Shown here in pieces: positions 49,885 to 57,715 of a stretch of DNA of 64,000 bases (its first letter is position 1; every line of letters begins with the position of its first letter). The notes under the pieces are model-generated. The model was not told the origin of the DNA and did no database searches. It saw only the letters and a program-made list of their open reading frames with translations. Both the position numbers and the translations under genes were made by a program. Origin of the DNA: Candidatus Doudnabacteria bacterium (lineage in GTDB: Bacteria; Patescibacteriota; Doudnabacteria; UBA920; O2-02-FULL-48-8); the NCBI GenBank assembly GCA_016186915.1, contig JACPKU010000004.1, positions 67,168-131,167 on the forward strand, read 5' to 3'.

Positions 49885-50976
49885 TCATCGTATCTTAACA
49901 TATTTGGCGCCGCCTAAATTTTTTACGCGGCCCTTTAATTCCAACAAGCTTAAGGTAGCATTGATTTCGCTAACGGGCAATTTTACTTGTTTGACCAGAT
50001 CGTCAATGTGGATTGGCTCGCGCGTTAAATTCAAGAGCAGTTGGCTTTCCTGATCCGTGGTTGCCAGCGGCTCGGTTTCAGTAAGAACCTGAACATCCAA
50101 ATTCAGCTCTTCAAAAATGTCCTGCGCCGTACTGACTAGTTTTGCCCCTTGTTTAATGAGTTTGTTAGTGCCGCGGCTGGTCGGTGAAAAGATCGAGCCG
50201 GGAATGGCGAACACTTCTCGGCCTTGTTCCAGAGCATAGTTGGCTGTGATAAGTGCGCCGCTTTCTTCATCCGCTTCGATTACCAAGACGCCAATGCTTA
50301 AACCAGAAATCAGCCGGTTGCGGATCGGGAAGTTTTGTTTTTGGACATTTGAATTCAGCGCGTATTCAGAAACCAGACAGCCTTTTTCGGCAACTTCCTG
50401 GGCAAGATTGAAATTTGATCTAGGCGAGATGCTGTTATCCTGTAAATCAGAAGCCAGGATGGCCACTGGTTTGGCACCTGCATTGAGGCAGGCGTGTAAA
50501 GAGAAAGCATCCACGCCAAAAGCCAGACCGGAAATAATGTTGAGGCGGCTTTGTGCCAGGGCTGTCACAATCTCTTCGATTGCCTGTCTGCCGTATTGAC
50601 TGATTTTTCTGCTTCCCACCACTGCAATCCCGGTTTTAGACAAAACTTTTTTATCACCTCTTACATATAACAACGGTGGCGGAGTTGTGATTTCTTTCAG
50701 CAGGGCAGGATATTCAGATTCTAAAATGGTAACCATTTCTATCTTTTGTATCAATAGATCTTCCCAAGCTTTTCCCGGATTGATTCCGGGTTGTTTGGAC
50801 TTGACCGCGTCAATGGTTTTTTGATCGAGCTGGGCCTGGTTCAATTCAAAAGCTGAAGCTTCCCACGCAGTTTTATAATCTCCGAAATAATTTAATAAGC
50901 GCGTGAGTTTAACAGCACCCAGTTCAGGGATGAGGTTCAGGGCGTTGCCGTAGATTTTGTTCTTTGTTTCTGGCAT
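49885..50976 (-). CDS. dprA: DNA-processing protein DprA
   Basis: 'VVGSR', 'SGLA.GVD', 'FPIRNRLISG', 'SGALITA'. Confidence 0.96.
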   Translation of the reverse strand: MPETKNKIYGNALNLIPELGAVKLTRLLNYFGDYKTAWEASAFELNQAQLDQKTIDAVKSKQPGINPGKAWEDLLIQKIEMVTILESEYPALLKEITTPPPLLYVRGDKKVLSKTGIAVVGSRKISQYGRQAIEEIVTALAQSRLNIISGLAFGVDAFSLHACLNAGAKPVAILASDLQDNSISPRSNFNLAQEVAEKGCLVSEYALNSNVQKQNFPIRNRLISGLSIGVLVIEADEESGALITANYALEQGREVFAIPGSIFSPTSRGTNKLIKQGAKLVSTAQDIFEELNLDVQVLTETEPLATTDQESQLLLNLTREPIHIDDLVKQVKLPVSEINATLSLLELKGRVKNLGGAKYVKIR

Positions 50977-51577
50977 TTAATTTGTGAGGGAGGTTGATAA
51001 GGAGCTGTTGACAAAAGGCCCCAAGTTTGCTAGAATGCAATGTTTCCTTTATATTATTAGTTAGATCTTTAAAGTTTACAAGTGAGTTAGTATTTTCCAC
51101 CCTACTCTGCGAGCGGCGAAAGTGAGCAGCATCCCTCCTATTGTTCGCGAGTAACCTTAAGCTAAGGTCGAGATGGTTTTCCATTTTTACCTTACGCTCG
51201 TAGGTAGGGTTGAGAATGGTAAGCTCGGCACAGGCCGCAAAATTACCAGCTGTCAGGTTTCGCTCGAGTAGCCGGAAAATTATCGGCTGTCATCCCGCCT
51301 CGTGGGAACTTCGGCGGGATGCAGCCTACTTTCTCAGCCGGACGAACCGGCTTCCGAAGGTTAATTTTCCGGCTACTCTCGCTGCAAGTGTAAGTATGGA
51401 TACTACTTGCTCACGCCGGAGTTCTGGCGTAGGTTAATTTTGCGTCTATGCCTCGCTTGGAAAAAAAAAGGGGGGGGGAGGAGGAAGGTAAGCGTGCTGG
51501 ATTCTGGATAGTAACGAAAAGTTAGTGAACAGAGTTTAGTGCGTAATTGTCAAGTTACGGATCCAGAAGGAGGAGCT

Positions 51578-51709
51578 ATGGAAGACACTGAATCGGGGGA
51601 CTTCCCATCCGTGTTGGGTATGATCGTCCTCCTTGTCCTCGTCGTCCTCGCCGAATGCGTCATTTGGTTTTTTGAGGTCCGGGATTTTATCCTGGGCTGG
51701 CGTCGGTAA
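51578..51709 (+). CDS. 43-aa single-TM protein (absent from the ORF track)
   Basis: AAGGAGGAG SD; MEDTESGDFPSVLGMIVLLVLVVLAECVIWFFEVRDFILGWRR*. Confidence 0.55.
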   Translation: MEDTESGDFPSVLGMIVLLVLVVLAECVIWFFEVRDFILGWRR

Positions 51710-51740
51710 CCCAATCACAATCACCGGTGAGGAGAACACG

Positions 51741-52046
51741 ATGCCTTATAACGCATGGCAAGACCAGGTCGCCGGTGTTGCGGTCGGTTTCGCTGTTGTG
51801 GCGGCTGCCGCTGGCCTGGCATTCGGACCGTCCGAAACAAGCGGGGCTCTGCTCAGCTTGCTCGGCAAGGCTCTTGCTGTAGGCGCTGTGTTGCTCATCT
51901 GCCTGGCAATCTGCGCCCGTTTGGCCTGGCGACTGAAGAGAAGAAGAACTGGGAGCCTCCCGTTCGGTGAGGAAATGTACGACTCTCACGGAGGACTGCC
52001 TGGCTCAGAAAGGGAGGTGGCCCGGATGTCTCACGAGGGGCGCTAA
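51741..52046 (+). CDS. Small two-TM hypothetical protein
   Basis: GAGGAG SD before ATG 51741. Confidence 0.55.
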   Translation: MPYNAWQDQVAGVAVGFAVVAAAAGLAFGPSETSGALLSLLGKALAVGAVLLICLAICARLAWRLKRRRTGSLPFGEEMYDSHGGLPGSEREVARMSHEGR

Positions 52047-52121
52047 CGTTGGCGTCGTTGTCGCAGCTGCGGAGGTCCCGCGGCTAAACTACAACGTCTG
52101 CTGTCGTTCGGAGGGAACGAG

Positions 52122-52325
52122 ATGCATCGTCGCGTCAGCTCGTTCGTACCGTCGCCTCCACCGGATCTGTCGGCGGAGGCTCCACTGGTCAAGGCCCTCC
52201 TCGGAGTACAGCTCTCGTCTGACGAGGCTGCTTCACTCCCGTTGAGCGCCGATCTCGGCAGCGTTCAGGACTGGAGACAGGTCATAGCGAGAAGCAACAG
52301 GCTCGCCGGCCTGGAGGAGTCCTGA
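52122..52325 (+). CDS. Small hypothetical protein
   Basis: GGAGG SD. Confidence 0.45.
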   Translation: MHRRVSSFVPSPPPDLSAEAPLVKALLGVQLSSDEAASLPLSADLGSVQDWRQVIARSNRLAGLEES

Positions 52326-52327
52326 CC

Positions 52328-52543
52328 ATGTCCCGCAGTCGTTGGACTGTAGGGGCTAGGTTCGTCCGGTCCCAGCGGGTCAGTCCGCCAGGACCGGCTT
52401 CACGGGGAGTCACGAGTCCTCTGCCGTCTCTCCCGAGGCAGCAGCCGAAGGCGGTCGAACCGCCACCGAGTGCAACCAAGGAAGAGCAGCGAGAGTGGGC
52501 TCGCAAGATTTTTGACGGCATGTTCCTACCATCCCGCCAGTAA
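52328..52543 (+). CDS. Small hypothetical protein
   Basis: GGAGGAG SD, coupled to the previous ORF; terminator at about 52582-52620. Confidence 0.45.
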   Translation: MSRSRWTVGARFVRSQRVSPPGPASRGVTSPLPSLPRQQPKAVEPPPSATKEEQREWARKIFDGMFLPSRQ

Positions 52544-52653
52544 GACCGATACCCTGATCCCAGCCAGGGTGCCAAAGCAACAAGGCTCGTCGTTTCCTTA
52601 AACGACGAGCCTCTTTTTTTGTAGTGGTTATCTTCAATAAGTTCTCATCCTGT

Positions 52654-53157
52654 TTACCATCGCGAGCGAGGATAAGCACAGTTCATTGGGAGCGTGTTGG
52701 TCTGTTAAGAAGATTGCTTTGTCTGCTAAACTTAACGCTATCCCTCCTCGCAATGGTAACCGCACTAGAACCATCGCGAGCGAGGGAACGTCAGATGTTC
52801 CGGAGCGAAGCGATCTAATCTAAGTCGTTATATAGATCTCTCCAATCTTTGTTATTAGTTTCGATAAGTTTAATTTTCTTTTTTCTAGAACCTGCCTTGA
52901 TTTGTTTTTCTCTTGCCAAAACAGCATCATAGTCGTCTCCGATCTCAAAATACACCAGCTTAGTGATATTGTATTTTTTAGTAAATCCATGAACGAGTTT
53001 GTTTTTGTGTTCCCAGACCCGAGCTTTTAAAGGTTTGCTAGTAAACCCAGTATAAAGTGTAGTATTTGTCGGGTTCGTCATGATATAAACAAAATACTGC
53101 TCGTCTTGCATATATATAAAGATTGCTTCACCCCGCCAAGGCGGGGTTCGCAATGGT
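52654..53157. mobile_element. Empty (52654-52759) and GIY-YIG-filled (52770-53157) copies of an inverted-repeat element
   Basis: ACCATCGCGA..GAAGCGATCT / AGATTGCTTC..TCGCAATGGT arms. Confidence 0.65.
52815..53111 (-). CDS. Small GIY-YIG nuclease
   Basis: 'YFVYIM...LYTG.T...RVWEHK...FTKKY...KLVYFE...REKQIK'. Confidence 0.92.
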   Translation of the reverse strand: MQDEQYFVYIMTNPTNTTLYTGFTSKPLKARVWEHKNKLVHGFTKKYNITKLVYFEIGDDYDAVLAREKQIKAGSRKKKIKLIETNNKDWRDLYNDLD

Positions 53158-53189
53158 ATAAAAATAAAGAGTTAAGTTGAATTACTATA

Positions 53190-53768
53190 TCATCCATTGA
53201 ACCTTGATTGTGCTGCTTCCAGCCCTTCTGTTTGGAGCACTTCCAAAGCCTCCAACGCCTTGCTTAACATTTCTTTCACTATCGGGTTTTCGTCGTCAGT
53301 GAAATTTTTTAGTACATATTCATCTCCAGGAATTGACATATAACCGTCTGAGGTAGGTCGTCTTCTGGTTTTAGGGTTGCTAACCCCCAGTCTCACCCGA
53401 ATAAAATCCTGTGTGCCTAATTCGTCTATAATGTTCTGCACGCCGTTATGCCCGGCCGCGGAAATGCCTTTTTGAACACGAATAGATCCTAATAGTAAAT
53501 CAAGATCATCGTGCACGATAATCATTTCTGCGGCTGGATAATATTTCAGGATTTGTTTTACCGCCTTGCCAGAGTTGTTCATAAACGTCTGGGGTTTTAC
53601 CAAAATAATGTCATTGAGCTTTAAAAACAAACTATCGTATTTTCCTTCCCAGCCGCCTTCGCCGAGGCTCCGGCGCCCGGCCAACAAATCTAAAACCTTA
53701 AATCCGAGATTGTGTCGAGTAAGTTCGTATTTTTTGCCTGGATTGCCGAGACCGATTATAATTGTCAT
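53190..53768 (-). CDS. pth: Peptidyl-tRNA hydrolase
   Basis: 'GLGNPG..Y..TRHN.G', 'KPQTFMN.SG', 'HDDLD', 'GHNG'. Confidence 0.96.
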   Translation of the reverse strand: MTIIIGLGNPGKKYELTRHNLGFKVLDLLAGRRSLGEGGWEGKYDSLFLKLNDIILVKPQTFMNNSGKAVKQILKYYPAAEMIIVHDDLDLLLGSIRVQKGISAAGHNGVQNIIDELGTQDFIRVRLGVSNPKTRRRPTSDGYMSIPGDEYVLKNFTDDENPIVKEMLSKALEALEVLQTEGLEAAQSRFNG

Positions 53769-55081
53769 ATTCGTTTGTGATACCTAATTATTATAGGGCT
53801 GCCTTCAAAGCCGAAGCGCAAACGGAACTGTTTTTCCAGTAAATTTTTCCAAGCCGGAGCAAACGCATTAGGGAAATTTACCGCAAGCTCGAAGATTGGC
53901 GGGTTGGTCCTTATTTGGGTGAGGCCATAAATTTTTGGGGCGCGCTGGTCATCCATTTTGCCGGGGAAATTTTCGTTGAGAAGTTTACCTAAGAAACCGT
54001 CCAGTTCTTCTTGTGGGATTTGGACCAAAGCTTTTTCCACCACCTCTTGGACTAATTGTAGCATTTTTTTCAACCCTTCTTGAGTTTTAGCGGAGACGTA
54101 GACTACTGGCGCAAACCAAAGCTTGGGAAGATAGTGGGGCAGTTTGTCTAGAAATTTTTCCCTTTCAGTTGCCGCCAGCATATCAATTTTGTTCAAAAGC
54201 ACCAGAACTTTTTTATTTGATTCCAAAATTTTAGTGGCGATAGCCTGGTCCTGAATGGTAATTTCCGCGGCGGCGTCGAGGACGAACAGCACCACATCAA
54301 CCCGGGCCAAGGTATTGATCGACTGCATGGCTGCGGCAGCTGAAACATCATCATCACTCTTCCATTTTTTCTTTATCCCAGCAGTATCAAGCAGGAGAAA
54401 CTTTTGGTCATCAAATTGAAAAGGAATTTCCACCGTGGATCTGGTTGTCCCGGGTTTATTGTCAACCAAAAGCCGTTCTTGTTTGATCAGGGCGTTGACT
54501 AAAGATGACTTGCCGACGTTCGGCTTGCCGATAAACGCAATTTTTAACCGAAGGTCACCTTCGTCAACGAAGGTGACCTTCGGAAATTTAGTAACCACTG
54601 CGTCCAACAAATCGCCCATGCCCGAGCCGTTGGCAGAAGAAATGAGAAAGGGCCTGCCCAAGCCTAACTTTTGGAAGTTGCGGGCGATGACTTCCGATTT
54701 CTGATTGCGAACATCGATCTTGTTGACTGCTAAGACTTTTGGTTTTTTGGCCCGGTTAAGCTGGGCGGCCACTGCCAAATCTTTGGCTGAAACCTGTGAC
54801 TTGCCGTCAACCATCAAAAGAATTAGATCCGCCTCTTCGATGGCAATCGCTGTTTGTTTCTGGACATTTTTTTCCAGTTCAGAGTCTGGTTTGTTGTTGA
54901 TTCCTGCTGTATCAATCAAATAAAAATCAAACCCATTCCAGGAAGTCAGGCCGTAATGCCGGTCCCTGGTAGTGCCCTCTTCGGGGAAAGTCAGGGCTTT
55001 GTAGGTTCTGAGGACCTTGTTAAAAAAAGTTGATTTGCCGCTGTTGGGAAGACCCACAATCGCGACTAAAGGGGTGTTCAT
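53765..55081 (-). CDS. der: Ribosome biogenesis GTPase Der
   Basis: Two GTPase domains; start placed at ATG 55081. Confidence 0.95.
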   Translation of the reverse strand: MNTPLVAIVGLPNSGKSTFFNKVLRTYKALTFPEEGTTRDRHYGLTSWNGFDFYLIDTAGINNKPDSELEKNVQKQTAIAIEEADLILLMVDGKSQVSAKDLAVAAQLNRAKKPKVLAVNKIDVRNQKSEVIARNFQKLGLGRPFLISSANGSGMGDLLDAVVTKFPKVTFVDEGDLRLKIAFIGKPNVGKSSLVNALIKQERLLVDNKPGTTRSTVEIPFQFDDQKFLLLDTAGIKKKWKSDDDVSAAAAMQSINTLARVDVVLFVLDAAAEITIQDQAIATKILESNKKVLVLLNKIDMLAATEREKFLDKLPHYLPKLWFAPVVYVSAKTQEGLKKMLQLVQEVVEKALVQIPQEELDGFLGKLLNENFPGKMDDQRAPKIYGLTQIRTNPPIFELAVNFPNAFAPAWKNLLEKQFRLRFGFEGSPIIIRYHKRI

Positions 55082-55156
55082 AAGTTTAGAATATAGAATG
55101 TAGAATATAGAATGTAGAGTTATGCCATATTCCACATTCGACATTCCACATGCTGA

Positions 55157-56548
55157 TTACAACGCGTCTTGGCCGATGATAATGACAAAATCCGCATTGG
55201 AGTTATTGAACGGCAGGTCTGCGACAGTCAGATCAAAATTTTCTTCCAAGTATTTGCGGGTCTCGGGTTTCAGGTTGCCGGAGTTGTCGTAGAGGATTGT
55301 CCGGCTGAATTTGTTCGATTGCAGGAAGGGCCGGAAATTGACTTCCATTCCAAGATTGTTCAAAGCGCGGAAAGGACCCAAAACATAAGCTTGCTGCGTG
55401 CTGTTCTGCACCTCCACCTCTGCCGCCTCTTTGCTTAGTTTGGCAAGCTTGCTGGCATTGGCGATGTAGTTGTGAACATCGGTTAGGGTTTTGCCTTCAC
55501 AAGGCTGGACCACGTAAGCCCGATTCTCGTAGTCCCCAATAATGCCGTTGCAGATCAGCACATTATCCGGCTCCAGCGAGAGAGAAAAAGCATGTTCGTT
55601 ATCAATATCTTTTCCGAGTTCTATCAGCCGTTGCAATTGGTATGGTTCGAGATTGGTCCGGAAGTTATCAGTAAATACTGACAGCAGGTTGTTAATGGTA
55701 CGAAGATCGGTAATCCCAAGTTTAACTACTTTGTCTTTGAAAGCTTGAATGACTTTTTTTTGTCGCTCGCTTCGGGCGAAATCCGAGCCTTCGTTATTCG
55801 TGCCTTTTCGGGATCTGGCAAAAATCAAAGCCCTTTCTCCGTCCATATGCTCGGAGCCCGCGGTGAAGGTCACGGGCGCCAAAAATCCATACCGCTCATC
55901 CGGATAGCTGGAATCAGTAAAGGTTCTGTCAATCACAACGTCAACCCCGCCTACCTGGTTAATGGCTTTGACAAAGCCTTGAAAATCTATGGCGGCATAG
56001 TAAGGAATCTCAAGGCCTGTGAGTTTACTTGCCGCGTCAACCGCGGCTTCCCCGGCGCTGTTCGGATCGTTATCGTCGCGGAAGAAGGCGTAAGCAGAAT
56101 TAATTTTTCTAAAACCAAGACCTGGAAGTTGAACCACAAAGTCCCGCGGGATGGATACTAAAACCACTTCGTCTGTTTCCATGTCTAGGCTGGCTACGAT
56201 AATCGTATCAGTGAGGTACGGCCCGTCATGGCCTGGTCCGCCGTAGCCGAGAAGCAGAACATTGACTTGTCCGTCATCTTCACCAATCAGTTTTTTATCG
56301 CCTCCCACAAACAGCTGCCCCACCCTTTGGAAGACGTTTTTATCACCTGTGAAAATTCGATTGGTTTTCGAAAGCAGGTTGGATGCTCCCCAGACAAGCA
56401 ACCCGCTCAGGATCAAAATAACCACTAAAAGAAAACAGCCGTATCGCCGTTTTGGTCTTTGCTTTCTCAAGCGCACGTCGTTATATGAACTATTCTGGTT
56501 TGGGTTGATGGCGTCTATCGACTTCATGTTTTTCAAGATTAGCCACAT
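55157..56548 (-). CDS. LCP (LytR-CpsA-Psr) family protein
   Basis: 'LTDTI', 'SIPRD', 'KINSAY', 'SDFARSERQ'; true start may be ATG 56527. Confidence 0.92.
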   Translation of the reverse strand: MWLILKNMKSIDAINPNQNSSYNDVRLRKQRPKRRYGCFLLVVILILSGLLVWGASNLLSKTNRIFTGDKNVFQRVGQLFVGGDKKLIGEDDGQVNVLLLGYGGPGHDGPYLTDTIIVASLDMETDEVVLVSIPRDFVVQLPGLGFRKINSAYAFFRDDNDPNSAGEAAVDAASKLTGLEIPYYAAIDFQGFVKAINQVGGVDVVIDRTFTDSSYPDERYGFLAPVTFTAGSEHMDGERALIFARSRKGTNNEGSDFARSERQKKVIQAFKDKVVKLGITDLRTINNLLSVFTDNFRTNLEPYQLQRLIELGKDIDNEHAFSLSLEPDNVLICNGIIGDYENRAYVVQPCEGKTLTDVHNYIANASKLAKLSKEAAEVEVQNSTQQAYVLGPFRALNNLGMEVNFRPFLQSNKFSRTILYDNSGNLKPETRKYLEENFDLTVADLPFNNSNADFVIIIGQDAL

Positions 56549-56592
56549 AATTATAATGGAAAACTTGCTAGCTGGCCATAGTTTTGTAAGGC

Positions 56593-56621
56593 TTGACCCG
56601 GTAGGGGAACTCAGATATGAT
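56593..56621 (+). promoter_or_regulatory. Sigma70 promoter of the nested tRNA locus
   Basis: TTGACC-17-TATGAT. Confidence 0.6.
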
Positions 56622-56788
56622 TAAATTTACTAATGGACGATTAACTTCCGCTTTCGCTTGGGCGATTAGCTCAGCGGTTAGAGCGCTGCATTTTCACTCC
56701 GTTAGATTTTCTCGGACGGTTAGCTCACCCCGACGCTTTACCGGTCGGGATCCCGATATCGCAATGCGATTGTCGGGATTGGTTTTCT

Positions 56789-56987
56789 GGGCGGTTAGCT
56801 CAGCGGTAGAGCATTGCATTTTTACCCCGTTAGATTTTCTTGGACGGTTAGCTCAGTTGGTTAGAGCGCGCCGTTCACATCGGCGAGGTCACTGGTTCGA
56901 GTCCAGTACCGTCCACCAGGAAAATCTAAAAATCTAACGGGGCAGGCATTGCAGGGGCCACAGGTTCGAATCCTGTACCGCCCACCA
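56789..56987 (+). tRNA. Interrupted Val-type tRNA, middle layer (halves 56789-56820 and 56945-56987)
   Basis: Acceptor GGGCGGT/ACCGCCC-ACCA and T-arm ACAGG-TTCGAAT-CCTGT intact; anticodon loop split. Confidence 0.78.
56842..56918 (+). tRNA. tRNA-Val(CAC), intact innermost copy
   Basis: GGACGGT...CGCCG-TTCACAT-CGGCG...GTTCGAGTC...ACCGTCC-ACCA, 77 nt. Confidence 0.95.
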
Positions 56988-57080
56988 GTAAAAAGCACTC
57001 AAAATCTAACGGGGCAGGCATTGCAGAAGTCGGCGGTTCGAATCCACCATTGCCCACCATTAAGAAACTAATATATTACC

Positions 57081-57710
57081 ATGCAAGAACTAGGACAGTT
57101 CAGCGCACCTCAACCGGAAAAAAGCGGCTTTTCTCACATCATGTTATTTATCTGGGATTTTTTGAAAGTGATCTTGATTGCCTTGGCTGTCATTATCCCG
57201 ATCAGATATTTTTTGTTCCAGCCGTTTATTGTTTCTGGTTCTTCTATGGAGCCAAATTTTTCCAATGGCCAGTACTTGATTATTGACGAAATATCCTATC
57301 GTTTTCGACAGCCGCAAAGAGGAGAAGTTCTAGTGATTAGGTTTCCAGAAGACCGCAAGCAGTTTTTCATCAAGCGCGTGCTAGGCTTGCCCGGTGAGCA
57401 GGTAAAAATTGAAAACGGCAGAGTTATAATTTTCAACACCGAACATCCCAACGGTGCGGTGGTGGAGGAAGTTTATCTGTCCAATCAAGGACTGACCTTT
57501 CCGCACAACACGTCTTTGGTTGGGGGAAAAAATGTTTTGACGCTTAAGGAAGACCAGTATTTTATGTTGGGGGACAACCGTTTGGCTTCATCAGACTCCA
57601 GGGATTGGGGCATTTTGAAGGAGCAAGACATTGTCGGCAGAGTCTTCCTCCGCGCTCTTCCCATAACCACTTTTGATTTGTTTGACAGTCCGGAATACAC
57701 TTTTAATTAA
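57081..57710 (+). CDS. lepB: Signal peptidase I
   Basis: 'SGSSMEP', 'FIKRV.GLPG', 'GDNR..S.DSR.WG'. Confidence 0.95.
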   Translation: MQELGQFSAPQPEKSGFSHIMLFIWDFLKVILIALAVIIPIRYFLFQPFIVSGSSMEPNFSNGQYLIIDEISYRFRQPQRGEVLVIRFPEDRKQFFIKRVLGLPGEQVKIENGRVIIFNTEHPNGAVVEEVYLSNQGLTFPHNTSLVGGKNVLTLKEDQYFMLGDNRLASSDSRDWGILKEQDIVGRVFLRALPITTFDLFDSPEYTFN

Positions 57711-57715
57711 ACTTT

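Larger units (their letters stand above)
56660..57059 (+). pseudogene. Outermost interrupted Val-type tRNA (halves 56660-56692 and 57017-57059)
   Basis: Acceptor GGGCGAT/ATTGCCC-ACCA, anticodon stem CTGCA/TGCAG, one T-stem mismatch. Confidence 0.8.

Noticed and set aside
56660-57059. Prophage or island integration scars (attL/attR) explaining the tRNA halves
   Set aside because: Integration normally leaves one intact gene plus one near-identical partial duplicate; here matched 5' and 3' halves of distinct genes are symmetrically nested, with no integrase.
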